Source of the DNA: an uncultured Alphaproteobacteria bacterium
GTDB lineage: Bacteria; Pseudomonadota; Alphaproteobacteria; CAAHEQ01; UBA3637
DNA length: 55,481 bases
Assembly (NCBI GenBank): GCA_949282845.1
Contig: CASDQF010000036.1
Span: 1-55,481, forward strand
Direction: 5' to 3'
Numbering within the stretch: position 1 is the first letter of the stretch; each line of letters begins with the position of its first letter. Below are positions 16,995 to 27,941 of the stretch, in pieces. The notes below the pieces were generated by a model, which was not told where the DNA came from, made no database searches, and saw only the letters and a list, made by a program, of their open reading frames with translations. The position numbers and the translations under genes are program-made.

Positions 16995-17546
16995 TTAGCC
17001 TTTATTTTTAGGATCAACCCAACCGATATTACCATCTGGACGACGGTAAACCATATTCAGACCACCATGAGCCGAATTACGGAACATTAAAGCCGGTAAA
17101 TCTGCTAAATCCATACGCATGACAGCGCCGCTGACCGAACAAATAGGTAACTCTGTTTGCATTTCAGCAACAATAACAGGAGCAGTTCCTTTAATTTCTT
17201 CTTCTTCCTCTGGTTCAATAACGGCAGCATCCACCATCTCAAATTTAATATTTTTATGCTCTGTTAAGCGGTTTTTATAGCGCCGTAATTGACGTGCAAT
17301 CCGGTCACAAGCTTGATCAAAAGCAACATAAGCATCAGCTCCTTTTGCGGAACCCTTTAATAAAGCGCCGGAACCAGGATGAACAGTTACTTCAGCCTTA
17401 ATAGCATCGCCTTCACGAGAAAAAACGATTGATGCATCAATTGCGGCATCAAAATATTTATCAACGACCGCAGCCAAGTTCTTTTCTGCATAAGACTGCA
17501 TATTGTCGCCTAAATTCAATTGTTTTCCAGTAATTGTTATTTGCAT
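16995..17546 (-). CDS. hpf: ribosome hibernation promoting factor, long form
   Basis: MQITITGKQLNLGDNMQSYAEKNL.., an S30AE/YfiA fold plus a C-terminal dimerisation domain (MRMDLADLPALMFRN...NMVYRRPDGNIGWV). Start set at the internal Met preceded by AAGGA; the ORF's upstream 21 codons were rejected. Confidence 0.9.
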   Translation of the reverse strand: MQITITGKQLNLGDNMQSYAEKNLAAVVDKYFDAAIDASIVFSREGDAIKAEVTVHPGSGALLKGSAKGADAYVAFDQACDRIARQLRRYKNRLTEHKNIKFEMVDAAVIEPEEEEEIKGTAPVIVAEMQTELPICSVSGAVMRMDLADLPALMFRNSAHGGLNMVYRRPDGNIGWVDPKNKG

Positions 17547-17636
17547 TTTTTTATCCTTAACTATAAACCATAGACTTATCAATCTAAAAGCCTTTGCTAT
17601 AAAAGTCAAGGTTCTTCTTTAGCAACATTTCGTTTC

Positions 17637-18302
17637 TTACGAGAGACGCCCTCCACGTCGCTGAAAAAGTCTAATTTCAGTGCGCCGACGTATGCGAAAC
17701 TTATCATTGATTTGATTATACAATTCCCAATCTTCCGGAGAAAAATTATTTTCTCTAAATTGTACCTCCCATACATGATGGTTGGCGCGTATTAAATGAG
17801 AAGTGCGTAAAAGAGAGGTTTTAGTAGCTCCTATATTTTTAGCTTCAATTCTATTCCATATCACATCAGGACGCATCGCCTCATCCAAAAAGAGCTGCAA
17901 ACCTTGATCTCCTAAAGGATTCCCTGAGACTGTCAAACGACCTACTCTTTTAGAGCTCAATACTTGGGCTAAGGCACCGGCAGAAGCTGCCGTCATACGA
18001 CAATTTTCTAAGTCAATTGTTGTACAATGCGTATTATTTTTTAAACATAAAGCCAATTTCAAAATCATATTATCTTCAATTTGTTGCCCAGCCCAATTTA
18101 AGCTATCTAAACCTGTATCATTCTGAGCTAATTGATTCAGCTGATATTTTAGTTGTTCCGAAGACAATTTAGGGATATATTCTTTACATTGTTTTTGATG
18201 GATTTCTTTTTCTTCCTGATCTGTTTTTTCTTTTTCAATTAAAGCTTTTCGTTCTGTTTCAGTCATATTGACCATATATTGAAATTTTAAACCAGATGTC
18301 AT
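17637..18302 (-). CDS. leucine-rich repeat protein of the ribonuclease-inhibitor (RNI) type
   Basis: About 28-aa repeats: LDSLNWAGQQIEDNMILKLALCLKNNTH / CTTIDLENCRMTAASAGALAQVLSSKR / VGRLTVSGNPLGDQGLQLFLDEAMRPDV. Basic C-terminal tail, no signal peptide. Confidence 0.6.
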   Translation of the reverse strand: MTSGLKFQYMVNMTETERKALIEKEKTDQEEKEIHQKQCKEYIPKLSSEQLKYQLNQLAQNDTGLDSLNWAGQQIEDNMILKLALCLKNNTHCTTIDLENCRMTAASAGALAQVLSSKRVGRLTVSGNPLGDQGLQLFLDEAMRPDVIWNRIEAKNIGATKTSLLRTSHLIRANHHVWEVQFRENNFSPEDWELYNQINDKFRIRRRTEIRLFQRRGGRLS

Positions 18303-18391
18303 AATGTCCCTCCTTGCCTCCTATTAAAATATAGCAAAAAATTGACAAAAAATCAATTGATTTTTCATGTTGAATTGTTTACGCTATAAGA

Positions 18392-19444
18392 ATGGAAAAA
18401 TTTGGTATTTATGTTCATTGGCCTTTTTGTCTGTCTAAGTGTCCGTATTGCGATTTTTTCTCATTGCCAGCAGCCTCTTGGGACGAAAAGATTTTAGAAA
18501 GCGCTTATATACGAGATTTAAAACGCATTCCTACTCGAACAGTGACAAGTTTATTTTTTGGCGGAGGAACCCCCTCGCTGATGAGCGCTCGATTAATTCA
18601 TCGTTTAATAACGGTCATCCGAGATAATTTTCCCGTTGCCTCAGAAGTAGAAATCTCCTTGGAAGCCAATCCGGATGCTATCGACAAACTTAAAATGGAA
18701 GCCTTCCGTGCCGTAGGGATAAACCGCCTCTCTTTAGGGGTGCAAGCTTTAAATGAAAAAGACTTAAAATTTTTGGGAAGACGACATACTTTAGAGACGG
18801 CCTTACAACGAATTGAAGAAATGAAATCTGTTTTCCATAACTTTTCTTTCGACTTAATCTACGCTCGTCCCGGGCAAACTTTACAAGCATGGCAAGATGA
18901 ACTAAAAGAAGCTCTTTCCTTTCATCCGCCTCACCTATCCTTATACCAGCTGACAATTGAAGATGATACACCTTTTTCCAAAAGAAAAATCAACATGTTA
19001 GATGATGAAACAGCCAGAACCCTTTATGAATGGACATTAAAAGCTATGAAAGAAGCAGACTGCCCTTTCTATGAAGTTTCTAATTTTGCTCATCCAGGTT
19101 TCGAATGCCGACATAACCTTCTTTATTGGGAGGGGAATGATTATGCGGGTATTGGTCCGGCAGCTCATGGCAGATTAGGACTGATTGCAACTGAAAACCC
19201 AAAGAATTTAACGAATTGGTTAAAAGGAGAAACGATAACAACTCTGCTTTCTCCCGTTGAAAGACAAGAGGAAAAACTTATAATGGGACTTCGTCTCAAA
19301 AAAGGCATATCCGATAAAGGAATATCATCAGCCAACATTCAAAAAGCAGTTGAAAAAGGATGGCTAAAGCAAGAAAAAGGGCGTATTTCGGCGACACATG
19401 ACGGTCTTATGATGCTCAATCAACTAATTCTGGAACTGATATAA
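18392..19444 (+). CDS. hemW: radical SAM heme chaperone HemW (HemN-like, oxygen-independent coproporphyrinogen oxidase family)
   Basis: YVHWPFCLSKCPYCDF is the CxxxCxxC radical SAM motif. Also FFGGGTPS, the HemN C-domain and a size of 350 aa. Confidence 0.9.
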   Translation: MEKFGIYVHWPFCLSKCPYCDFFSLPAASWDEKILESAYIRDLKRIPTRTVTSLFFGGGTPSLMSARLIHRLITVIRDNFPVASEVEISLEANPDAIDKLKMEAFRAVGINRLSLGVQALNEKDLKFLGRRHTLETALQRIEEMKSVFHNFSFDLIYARPGQTLQAWQDELKEALSFHPPHLSLYQLTIEDDTPFSKRKINMLDDETARTLYEWTLKAMKEADCPFYEVSNFAHPGFECRHNLLYWEGNDYAGIGPAAHGRLGLIATENPKNLTNWLKGETITTLLSPVERQEEKLIMGLRLKKGISDKGISSANIQKAVEKGWLKQEKGRISATHDGLMMLNQLILELI

Positions 19445-20861
19445 CATCTTCCGTTGTTTGAAGAGCTTCCATTTCTTGGCGCGCACGTTCTCGAGCTATT
19501 CTTTGCTGTTCACGATAAGCATTCAAGATTCGAATATCAGACATGTGTTCTTTCATAAAAGCTTCTTCTTCAAAAGATGCCATCGGCTTTTCCAATACTC
19601 GAAAGTTGTTTTTTCCGGCTATTTGAAAGATACCTAATAATCTTTCAGATGAACCATCTTCACGCAAGCGAAACAAACCATCTGTTCCCATAAATCCTCG
19701 AGTACTTGTCAAGCTTTCTTTGGATAAGCCTAATGTTTGAGGCAAAATAGCGGCAAGTGCGACAGCATCATAAGCTAAAGAAGCTAAACGAACAGGTGTT
19801 CGACCATAAGTTTCTTTATATTTTGCAGAAAAAGCATCAAATCCTGAAGAAGGGAGTGCTGCAAAACGACCACCTAATAAAGCGCCTTCATTTGTTAAAG
19901 ACGGTTCATACCAAGTGGACATACCAAGGAACATAACATCTTTTGGTGTCACATCATAAAGGCCGAATAAAGAAGCAATGGATTTTAATCGATTTCCATC
20001 ATCTGCAATAAATAAAGCGTCAAAGTCCAATTGCTCGGAAATCGGAATTTCAGGCTCTACTTTATCTTCCTCATTTTCTTCTTTTTTATCTTTTTTCTTT
20101 TCATCGGCATATTTCTTTTTTGTAGCAAAAGAATCCGGCAATATAGACAATACATAGGGTTCAAAGTTAATAAATGTTGGATTATAAACAGCTAAGCGTG
20201 TAATCTCTATTCCACAAGCAGCAGCAGCTTTTCGAGCTGTATCAATTGCAATATCTCCGGCTTTATTATCCGGCGCCACAATAGCCAACCGCGTTTTTTT
20301 CTGCTCACAAGCATGACGAATTACACGTTCTGTCTGTTGCGTCAACAACAATGCCATTGTATAAACACCGTCTCCGACCGAGTCGGTATCTGATGTAAAA
20401 GAAATAACGGGAATATGTCCGGCTATTTTACGAACGGCATTTACTTCCTCGGCATAAACGGGACCTAAGATGAGTTGGACATTATCTTTCTTCGCTTTTT
20501 CAAAAGCCTCTTTCGCACCTTCTGCGGTCCCTTTTGTATCATAGAACTGCAAAACTAAATTATCATTTGCCAGTTCAAACTGTGCTAACATACCGGCATT
20601 ACGAAGTTCTTCTCCCAAACGCTTTGATTTTCCCGTTAAAGGAAGCAACATTCCAACACGAACGCTGACATTTTGTTTAGACGACTTGAGTAAATCCTCG
20701 TATTGAGGAGCACCAACGCTTCCCTCATAATAGGGAATAATAGAAGCAGGAAGTTCTCCGGAAATAGGTTGTTCATACTTATTTTTTACTGCACATGCAG
20801 CAGTAAAAAGCATACACCCCAAACAGGCTATTTTGGAAAAGAAAGTCCTTTTTTCTAACAT
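19416..20861 (-). CDS. LpoA/LppC-like lipoprotein (penicillin-binding protein activator family, type-I periplasmic binding fold)
   Basis: Lipobox LFTAAC. VRVGMLLPLTGKSKRLGEELRNAGMLA...LILGPVYAEEV is typical of this family. It sits divergent to rsmI-yraN, as in the conserved enterobacterial neighbourhood. Contains a Lys/Glu-rich insert KKKYADEKKKDKKEENEEDK. Confidence 0.6.
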   Translation of the reverse strand: MLEKRTFFSKIACLGCMLFTAACAVKNKYEQPISGELPASIIPYYEGSVGAPQYEDLLKSSKQNVSVRVGMLLPLTGKSKRLGEELRNAGMLAQFELANDNLVLQFYDTKGTAEGAKEAFEKAKKDNVQLILGPVYAEEVNAVRKIAGHIPVISFTSDTDSVGDGVYTMALLLTQQTERVIRHACEQKKTRLAIVAPDNKAGDIAIDTARKAAAACGIEITRLAVYNPTFINFEPYVLSILPDSFATKKKYADEKKKDKKEENEEDKVEPEIPISEQLDFDALFIADDGNRLKSIASLFGLYDVTPKDVMFLGMSTWYEPSLTNEGALLGGRFAALPSSGFDAFSAKYKETYGRTPVRLASLAYDAVALAAILPQTLGLSKESLTSTRGFMGTDGLFRLREDGSSERLLGIFQIAGKNNFRVLEKPMASFEEEAFMKEHMSDIRILNAYREQQRIARERARQEMEALQTTEDVISVPELVD

Positions 20862-20945
20862 GTTATCAAAAATATTTTTATTATTTATCTTCTTTTGGTA
20901 TAATCGAAAATAATTAAAATTTCAACAAAAAAGAGGATTCTTTTC

Positions 20946-21779
20946 ATGACGGCAACCCTTTTTCTTGTCTCGACACCTATCGGCAACCTTGGTGATTTTT
21001 CCGACCGTGCAAGAGAAGCTTTTCAAAAAGCACATTTAATTGCATGTGAAGATACGCGTAACACAAAAAAACTGATTGGACTTTTAGGGATTGAAACTCA
21101 AGCTGACTTTTTATCCTATCACGAGTACAATGCAGATAAAATGCGTCCTATTCTCATAGAAAAATTATCGGAAGGATTAGATATTGTTTTAGTGTCCGAT
21201 GCAGGAACTCCCTTAATTTCAGATCCGGGATACAGACTTGTCCGAGATTGTTTAAAAGCCGAAATAAAAGTTGTTCCAATCCCTGGAGCAAACGCAGTGC
21301 TGCCTGCTTTACAACTGTCCGGTCTCCCGTCCGATCGTTTCATGTTTGTCGGTTTTTTGGAAACAAAAACGACTGCTCGCCAAAAAGAACTTTCCGAATT
21401 TAAAACTGTTCCGGCAACTTTAATTTTTTATGAGTCGCCTCATCGCGTTTTAGAAACTTTGAAAGACATACTTACTGTTTTAGGAGATAGACCTGCTGCT
21501 GTTGTTCGAGAACTCACAAAGCGCTTTGAAGAAAGTAAAATCGGCCTTTTATCTGAACTGATTGCTTTTTATGAACAAAATGGAGAACCAAAAGGTGAAA
21601 TTGTTATTTTAGTCGATAGACCCTCTGAAAAGACTCCTATCAATTTTGATATTCATGCAATGCTAACGCAAGCCATGAAAAATAAAACATTACGAGATGC
21701 TGTTGATGAAGTAACTTCTGCGACTGGCTTAGACCGCCGTAAAATCTACAAAGAGGCTATTGAGATTAAAAATGGATAA
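20946..21779 (+). CDS. rsmI: 16S rRNA (cytidine1402-2'-O)-methyltransferase
   Basis: LFLVSTPIGNLGDFS, CEDTR, SDAGTP.ISDPG, FYESPHR. Confidence 0.93.
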   Translation: MTATLFLVSTPIGNLGDFSDRAREAFQKAHLIACEDTRNTKKLIGLLGIETQADFLSYHEYNADKMRPILIEKLSEGLDIVLVSDAGTPLISDPGYRLVRDCLKAEIKVVPIPGANAVLPALQLSGLPSDRFMFVGFLETKTTARQKELSEFKTVPATLIFYESPHRVLETLKDILTVLGDRPAAVVRELTKRFEESKIGLLSELIAFYEQNGEPKGEIVILVDRPSEKTPINFDIHAMLTQAMKNKTLRDAVDEVTSATGLDRRKIYKEAIEIKNG

Positions 21780-22155
21780 ACGCACCCGCGGACAAACAGC
21801 TTATATTTCTGGTCATGCTGCTGAACAAACGGCTCTGAGTTTTTTAGAAAAAAAAGGTTATATTTTAGTTGCAAAAAATCTAAAAATGCCAAAAGGAAGC
21901 GGCGCTAATGAATTGGATTTAGTTGTCAAAAAGAATCAAATGCTGGTTTTTGTCGAAGTCAAAAAGCGTCAAACAATTGATGAAGCGGCTTCTTGTATCA
22001 CAAACGAAGCAAAAAAACGTTTACTAAAAGCTGGTGCTTTTTTTCTATCGCTACATCCTGAATTTGAAAATTTTGATTGCCGCTTTGATGTTGTTCTCTT
22101 TTCAAAAGATAACGAGTGCCTTCATCTTGAAAATGTCTTATGGGAAGGAGCATGA
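21760..22155 (+). CDS. yraN: YraN-family (UPF0102) endonuclease-like protein
   Basis: G..AE..A..FLEKKGY.ILAKN....GELDLV........VFVEVKKR pattern. 21760 is a TTG start. The ATG at 21772 (MDKRTRG) is an equally likely start. Confidence 0.85.
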   Translation: MRLKMDKRTRGQTAYISGHAAEQTALSFLEKKGYILVAKNLKMPKGSGANELDLVVKKNQMLVFVEVKKRQTIDEAASCITNEAKKRLLKAGAFFLSLHPEFENFDCRFDVVLFSKDNECLHLENVLWEGA

Positions 22156-22724
22156 AGTACTTATTTCCTCTTTTTTTACTTTTGACTGGCTGCCAAATCA
22201 TTGGAACGACTTATAATGTCGGTAGCAAAGTCGGTTCTGTCCTCATGGATGAAAGAACATTAGAAGATGATTGGAAAGATACACAAATCAATATAGCTCT
22301 TCGAACAAAATTAATGAGTGAAAAATTTGCTTATGTTTTAGATGTTGAAATTACTGTTTTTGAAAGTGAAGTTATGCTCAACGGAGCTATCCCAACCATT
22401 GAAGACATGGAACGTATTGTTGAAATTGCTTGGAAAACAGAAGGTGTCAGTAAAGTTTACAATCACATTCGACTTGAAAATCCCGCTCAAATCACAGATA
22501 CTTCTGAAGATGCTTTCATCGCAGCATCCATTCGCACACAATTAGCCTTGACGCAAAACGTTTCTTCTGTCAATTATAAGATAACGGTTGATGATAATGT
22601 CCTATATGTTATGGGCATTGCTAAAAACCAAGCCGAATTTGATGCTGTTATGAATGCTATCAAAAGTACAAAAGGAGTTGAAAAAGTTATTTCTCATGTC
22701 AGAAAATCATATGAACAACAATGA
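22140..22724 (+). CDS. BON-domain lipoprotein (DolP/YraP/OsmY-like)
   Basis: Lipobox LLLTGC. Two BON-like segments (VEITVFESEVMLNGAIPT... and YKITVDDNVLYVMGIAKN...). An alternative start at 22152 overlaps the yraN stop as ATGA. Confidence 0.8.
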   Translation: MGRSMKYLFPLFLLLTGCQIIGTTYNVGSKVGSVLMDERTLEDDWKDTQINIALRTKLMSEKFAYVLDVEITVFESEVMLNGAIPTIEDMERIVEIAWKTEGVSKVYNHIRLENPAQITDTSEDAFIAASIRTQLALTQNVSSVNYKITVDDNVLYVMGIAKNQAEFDAVMNAIKSTKGVEKVISHVRKSYEQQ

Positions 22725-22920
22725 ATTATTAAATCTGCTTTTGTCTTTTATCCCACCAGGGAACGAATCTTTAAAAGATCGCGCTATTCTTTTAGCAACT
22801 TTCGAAAATTTAAAAGACGCTATCGAAGCAATGGAAGCCTATATTGCCAATGCAGATCCAGATGAAGATACTTCTAAAGAACGAGAATTTTTAGAAAAAA
22901 TGAAAAATCATTTGAATTAA
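22711..22920 (+). CDS. small hypothetical protein (about 69 aa)
   Basis: ORF overlapping the end of the BON gene. Start is ambiguous (22654, 22696 or 22711). Predicted helical and acidic. Confidence 0.4.
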   Translation: MNNNELLNLLLSFIPPGNESLKDRAILLATFENLKDAIEAMEAYIANADPDEDTSKEREFLEKMKNHLN

Positions 22921-23028
22921 AGAATCTCTTTTATAGAAATATTATAAGGTTTCTTTTTTATTTATCAAAAATAATTATTATTTTCAATACCTTATTTGAC
23001 AGCGCACATCTCAGAAATAAAGAGAAAA

Positions 23029-23057
23029 TTGACTTCTTTACTCTTCCATGTTATACT
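23029..23057 (+). promoter_or_regulatory. near-consensus sigma70 promoter
   Basis: TTGACT (23029..23034), a 17-nt spacer, then TATACT (23052..23057), 31 nt upstream of the ATG at 23089. Confidence 0.5.
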
Positions 23058-23088
23058 TTTTCTATTCATTGAGAAAGGCTATTTTAAC

Positions 23089-23298
23089 ATGAAACGAAAA
23101 ATCGTCTTTACACAAAAAACTCCCACCATTCCTCTACCAAAAGAAAAAGACTATGATAAAGAAGCCTATCAACATTTTTTATGTGAAGGAATAAATGGTA
23201 AAGGCTGCGGAATCGAAAAGCAATATATTTCTCACTACCGCCGAGAAAGAACTTGGAAAGAACTCTGTCATTCGTTTTGGCAACATGACGGAGATTAA
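23089..23298 (+). CDS. small hypothetical protein (69 aa) with Cys/His residues
   Basis: MKRKIVFTQK... The ATG lies downstream of the promoter above. The TTG-initiated extension from 22996 would overlap the promoter and was rejected. Confidence 0.45.
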   Translation: MKRKIVFTQKTPTIPLPKEKDYDKEAYQHFLCEGINGKGCGIEKQYISHYRRERTWKELCHSFWQHDGD

Positions 23299-23300
23299 AA

Positions 23301-23320
23301 AAGGGAGCTTTTGCTCCCTT
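23301..23320. terminator. bidirectional rho-independent terminator between the small ORF and leuS
   Basis: Stem aagggagc / gctccctt with loop tttt, flanked by an A-run upstream and a T-run downstream. Confidence 0.8.
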
Positions 23321-23322
23321 TT

Positions 23323-25842
23323 TTATTTCACCACGATATTTAACAATCTTTTTGGCACATAAATTACTTTAACGATTTCTTTGCCGGACAAATAATCCGT
23401 CAAACGAGGTTCTGCTTGAGCAATTTTCAAGACCTCCTCTTGCTTTGCCTCCACAGGGACCAAAATTGTCGCTCGTTTTTTACCCATAATTTGAACAACA
23501 ATTTCGATTTCACTTTCTTGTAACATCGCTTCATCATAAGTTGGCCATTTTTCATAAGTTAAAGTTGTCTTGTGCCCCAAACGCTCCCACAACTCTTCCA
23601 TCATATGAGGCGCAATAGGAGATAAGAGAAGCACAAAGTTTTCCATGATAGAGCGATTCACTTTATCAACCTTGCTAATGGCGTTCGTTAACTCCATCAT
23701 TTTCGCGATAGCGGTATTAAAAGACATTTTTTCCATATCGTCCGATACACCTTTAATTGTTTTATGTATCAGCTTTTCTAAAGAAGCATCTCCTCCTTCT
23801 GAAACAATGCGTGTTGAAAGCTGATCATCTTCACTGACAAAAAGGCTCCAGACACGCTTTAAAAAACGAGAAGCGCCATTAATGCCCTCATCCGTCCAAG
23901 GTTTCTCTGCGGAAACAGGTCCCATAAACATCTCATAAAGACGCAAGGCATCTGCTCCATAATCTCTGACAACATCGTCTGGATTTGCAACATTATATCG
24001 AGACTTACTCATCTTTTCGACCTGAGTATTCACTCTGACACCAGTTGCCTTGACAAAATAGTCATTTCCACGACGTTCGACATCTGTCGGGTGATAATAT
24101 TTACCGTTATCATCACGATAAGAATAAGCCGTAATCATTCCCTGATTAAATAACTTTTGGAAAGGTTCTTTTGTAGAAACCAATCCAGCATCGAATAAAA
24201 CTTTATGCCAGAAACGAGCATATAATAAATGCAAAACAGCATGCTCTGCTCCTCCGATATAAGTATCGACAGGCATCCAATATTTTTCTGCTTCTTGACT
24301 CCAAGCCTCTTTATCATTTGTCGGATCGCAATAGCGTAAGAAATACCAACTGGAACCAGCCCATTGAGGCATAATATTTGTTTCTCTTTTAGCCGGAAGG
24401 CCTGTTTCTTCGTCTATTGTATTCACCCAATCGGTTGCCTTTGATAAAGGAGGTTCTCCATCCTTTGAAGGACTAAAATCTGTCATTGGAGGCAACAAAA
24501 CTGGTAAATCCTTTTCTGGTAAAGACTTGATAGTTCCATCCGCACAGTGAATAATCGGGAACGGTTCTCCCCAATAACGTTGACGAGAAAACAACCAGTC
24601 CCGCAATTTATAATTAACGGTCCCTTTTCCTAGTCCACGTTCCTCCAACCATTCGGTCATCTTTTTCTTGGAATCTGCCACATGAAGACCATTTAAAAAA
24701 CCCGAATTGATTAAAGCACCATCACCTTCCCAAGCTTCTTTGGAAATGTCTCCGCCTTCAATGACTTGAATAATCGGTAAGTTAAATTTTTTTGCAAAAT
24801 CATAGTCTCGTTGATCATGCGCAGGAACAGCCATAATCGCTCCATAACCATAATCTCCTAAAACATAATCAGCAATATAAATAGGTATTTTCCGCCCATC
24901 AACCGGGTTGACTGCATAAGCTCCAGTAAAAGCCCCTGTCTTTTCTTTAGCTTCTGCTAATCGGTCTTGAGCAGACTTCTTTGAAGCTTCGGCAACATAA
25001 GCTTCAACATTGGCACGTTCTGCTTCTGTCGTAATCATCTTTACCAAAGCATGCTCCGGAGCTAAAACGCAATAGGTTGCTCCGAATAAAGTATCCGGAC
25101 GAGTTGTATAAACCGTAAATTCCGCATCAGCTCCGTCAACTTTAAATTTAACATCAGCTCCGGTTGATTTTCCAATCCATTCCCGTTGCATGACTTTAAT
25201 TCCCTCAGGCCAATCCAAATCATCCAAATCTGTCAACAACCGCTCTGCATATTTTGTAATTCTAAGCATCCATTGACGCATCGGTTTTTTAATGACCTCG
25301 TCCCCAGTCTCGACATACTTACCGTCTTTGACTTCTTCATTTGCCAAAACAGTCCCTAATTTCGGACACCAATTAACGGGAACCTCAACTTCGTATGCTA
25401 ATCCTTTATCAAACAACAGCTTAAAAATCCACTGTGTCCACTTATAATAAGAAGGATCTGATGTCTTAATTAACCTGTCCCAATCATAAGAAAAACCGAC
25501 ACCTTTCATCTGTTGCGTAAAATAATCACAGTTTTTATGAGTTACTTCACTGGGATGAATACCTTTACGTTCAGCATATCTTTCAGCCGGAAGACCAAAA
25601 CTATCATATCCCATAGGATGCAAGACATTAAAACCACGCATTCTTTTATAGCGTGCAATAATATCAGAAGCGGTATATCCTTCAACATGACCGACATGCA
25701 AACCATCTCCCGATGGATAAGGAAACATATCCAATACGTAATATTTTGGTTTATTTTTATCAATTTCAGCCTTAAAAGTCTTATTATCTTCCCAATATTT
25801 TTGCCATTTTTTTTCAATCGCTTGATGATTATACTCAGCCAT
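23323..25842 (-). CDS. leuS: leucine--tRNA ligase
   Basis: Starts [23 protein letters not shown]. Class I motifs [14 protein letters not shown] (HIGH) and VEKMSKS (KMSKS). RBS is AAGGAG. The 47 upstream codons of the ORF were rejected. Confidence 0.97.
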   Translation of the reverse strand: MAEYNHQAIEKKWQKYWEDNKTFKAEIDKNKPKYYVLDMFPYPSGDGLHVGHVEGYTASDIIARYKRMRGFNVLHPMGYDSFGLPAERYAERKGIHPSEVTHKNCDYFTQQMKGVGFSYDWDRLIKTSDPSYYKWTQWIFKLLFDKGLAYEVEVPVNWCPKLGTVLANEEVKDGKYVETGDEVIKKPMRQWMLRITKYAERLLTDLDDLDWPEGIKVMQREWIGKSTGADVKFKVDGADAEFTVYTTRPDTLFGATYCVLAPEHALVKMITTEAERANVEAYVAEASKKSAQDRLAEAKEKTGAFTGAYAVNPVDGRKIPIYIADYVLGDYGYGAIMAVPAHDQRDYDFAKKFNLPIIQVIEGGDISKEAWEGDGALINSGFLNGLHVADSKKKMTEWLEERGLGKGTVNYKLRDWLFSRQRYWGEPFPIIHCADGTIKSLPEKDLPVLLPPMTDFSPSKDGEPPLSKATDWVNTIDEETGLPAKRETNIMPQWAGSSWYFLRYCDPTNDKEAWSQEAEKYWMPVDTYIGGAEHAVLHLLYARFWHKVLFDAGLVSTKEPFQKLFNQGMITAYSYRDDNGKYYHPTDVERRGNDYFVKATGVRVNTQVEKMSKSRYNVANPDDVVRDYGADALRLYEMFMGPVSAEKPWTDEGINGASRFLKRVWSLFVSEDDQLSTRIVSEGGDASLEKLIHKTIKGVSDDMEKMSFNTAIAKMMELTNAISKVDKVNRSIMENFVLLLSPIAPHMMEELWERLGHKTTLTYEKWPTYDEAMLQESEIEIVVQIMGKKRATILVPVEAKQEEVLKIAQAEPRLTDYLSGKEIVKVIYVPKRLLNIVVK

Positions 25843-25960
25843 TTCCAACTCCTTTGTTAAATATGTCCGAAAATAGCATAAATCCAAATGAATAGCAATA
25901 AAGAAGTGTGAGACTTTTGCTTCAAAAATTATCCATAAAAAAAACAAAATAAGACGAAAC

Positions 25961-27178
25961 TTATTGATACCGCAAAGCTTCAATCGGGTCTAATTTCATC
26001 GCTTTAATAGCTGGAAACAAACCAGAAGCCACCCCAACAATAACAGCGACAGAAAAAGAAATAACAACTGTCCATATAGAAATCGGAACATTTTTATCAA
26101 AAATCGCACCGCCTATTTGCGATAAACCAATGCCGATAACTAACCCCATAATACTTCCCATAAATGATATTAAAATTGATTCAACCAAAAACTGAACCAT
26201 AATCCATCTATTAGGTGCCCCTAAAGCCTTTCGCGTTCCAATTTCACGTGTTCTTTCCGTCACGGAAACTAACATCATGTTCATAATACCTATAGAACCG
26301 ACGATTAAAGAAATGGAAGCAATAGCCGCCAACAATAATGATAAATAAAAACCAACTTTTTTAACTTGCTCTACCAATTCTGCCATATTTCGAATTGTGA
26401 AGTCATCATCCTCTCCATTTTTTAAATGATGACGTGCTCTCAATAAATAACTAACTCTTTGTTGAACAGCTTCAATTTTACTCTCATCGGCCACTTTCAC
26501 AAAACCGATGTTAACCATTTGAGGCATACGAGCTCCTCGAATTTTCTGTCTTAAAGTCGTAAAAGGCATAAAAATTAAATTGTCTTGATCCTCTCCGGTT
26601 AAGCCGGGACCTTTTGCTTTTAAAGTCCCGACAACGGTAAATGGAATATTTTGAAGTCGAATAACTTTACCAATCGGATTTTCAAAACCAAATAACTCAT
26701 CAACAACTGTTTGTCCTAAAAGAATATGAGATGCCGCAGATTTTAAATCTCTTTCTGTCAGTCCAATACCTCTATCAATTTCCCAATTACCAACAATCAT
26801 ATAATCTGGCGTTATCCCTCGAGCCGACACATTCCAGTTATTTTTACCGTAAACAGCTTGAACAGTCGCATGTGTCGCATAAGATGTCGTTTGAACATCT
26901 TTTAGCTCCTTCATCGCATCCATATCTTGACGACTGACCGTCGGACGACCCATGGCCGTCCGAACGCCCCCACTAACAGAAGCTCCCGGCAAAACAATCA
27001 GAAGACTTCCGCCCATGCTCTCAAAACTCTCGTCTATGACATTTTGAACAGTCTGACCAACAGCGACCATCAAAACAACAGCAGCAACACCGATCATAAT
27101 ACCAAGTGTTGTAAGAAATGTCCGCATCTTATAAGCTGTAATTGAAATCCAAGCTTCGCTGAAAATCAGTCTGAACAT
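25961..27178 (-). CDS. MacB-type ABC transporter permease (MacB periplasmic core domain plus FtsX)
   Basis: N-terminal TM helix, a large periplasmic domain, then three C-terminal TM helices with the [15 protein letters not shown] motif. Confidence 0.9.
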   Translation of the reverse strand: MFRLIFSEAWISITAYKMRTFLTTLGIMIGVAAVVLMVAVGQTVQNVIDESFESMGGSLLIVLPGASVSGGVRTAMGRPTVSRQDMDAMKELKDVQTTSYATHATVQAVYGKNNWNVSARGITPDYMIVGNWEIDRGIGLTERDLKSAASHILLGQTVVDELFGFENPIGKVIRLQNIPFTVVGTLKAKGPGLTGEDQDNLIFMPFTTLRQKIRGARMPQMVNIGFVKVADESKIEAVQQRVSYLLRARHHLKNGEDDDFTIRNMAELVEQVKKVGFYLSLLLAAIASISLIVGSIGIMNMMLVSVTERTREIGTRKALGAPNRWIMVQFLVESILISFMGSIMGLVIGIGLSQIGGAIFDKNVPISIWTVVISFSVAVIVGVASGLFPAIKAMKLDPIEALRYQ

Positions 27179-27191
27179 CGATTATTTCCTC

Positions 27192-27881
27192 TTACTCATC
27201 ATCATCGTCTGATTCTGAAATTTGAGTGAAATGATCATAGGCTGCTTGATCATAAACCGTCACTTCAGTTTTTTCATTGCCACTGGCGATTAATTTCCCG
27301 GAAGCATCATAAACATACCCAATATCTCCCTTTTGCGTCACAGTATAAAGTAATTTTTTTGTTTTTGCATCAGAATAAGTCGCTGACATTGAACCATCTG
27401 CCATCATATTGATTTTTGTTTCAACACCATTTTCAACCTGAGTAATAGTTCCTATAGGTTTCCCTTTTACCATTTGAACATCTATCTGATTACCCATTCC
27501 TGATGCCTTAATACGACCGGACAATTCCTTTTCATTCAAATCGGTTAAATGCATTTCCAATTTTTCTCCAGTCGGATAATCTTGAACAACATCTAAATAT
27601 TCATCTTTCTGTCCAGAAATGCGGCTAACAACTTTTCCTGTCGTTTCATCTGTCGCCACATGATGAATAGCACCCGTATCAGGATTATATTGAGAATTAA
27701 TTTTAACTCGCTCGGCTCCTTGCGGATTCGAAATTTCAATTTCTGCCTCTGTATCTGTCAAATGCTTAACATCTATATCTGCTTGATGTTCTCCATAATA
27801 AACTCTTTGAGATGGCAGTGTTTGCGCTTGTGCCACACTGAAAAATGTTATGCCCAAACAAACTAATAATAATTTTTTCAT
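27192..27881 (-). CDS. secreted hypothetical protein embedded in the efflux operon, with an acidic C-terminal tail
   Basis: Signal peptide MKKLLLVCLGITFFSVAQA|QT. Predicted beta-rich and ends ESDDDDE. It sits between the ATPase and permease genes with 13- and 60-nt gaps. Confidence 0.6.
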   Translation of the reverse strand: MKKLLLVCLGITFFSVAQAQTLPSQRVYYGEHQADIDVKHLTDTEAEIEISNPQGAERVKINSQYNPDTGAIHHVATDETTGKVVSRISGQKDEYLDVVQDYPTGEKLEMHLTDLNEKELSGRIKASGMGNQIDVQMVKGKPIGTITQVENGVETKINMMADGSMSATYSDAKTKKLLYTVTQKGDIGYVYDASGKLIASGNEKTEVTVYDQAAYDHFTQISESDDDDE

Positions 27882-27941
27882 TTTTTTCTCCTTTTTTCAT
27901 TCTTCATAAGTTTTTGAACAATCAAAATTTTCTTTCATAAA

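Noticed and set aside
17547-17609. 21-codon upstream extension of the hpf ORF
   Set aside because: HPF/YfiA proteins start at the MQI.I.G motif. The internal ATG at 17546 has an AAGGA RBS, and the extension has no homology.
25843-25983. 47-codon upstream extension of the leuS ORF
   Set aside because: The sequence is hydrophobic and low-complexity, and it overlaps the end of the MacB permease gene. The conserved LeuRS N-terminus [14 protein letters not shown] starts at 25842 behind an AAGGAG RBS.
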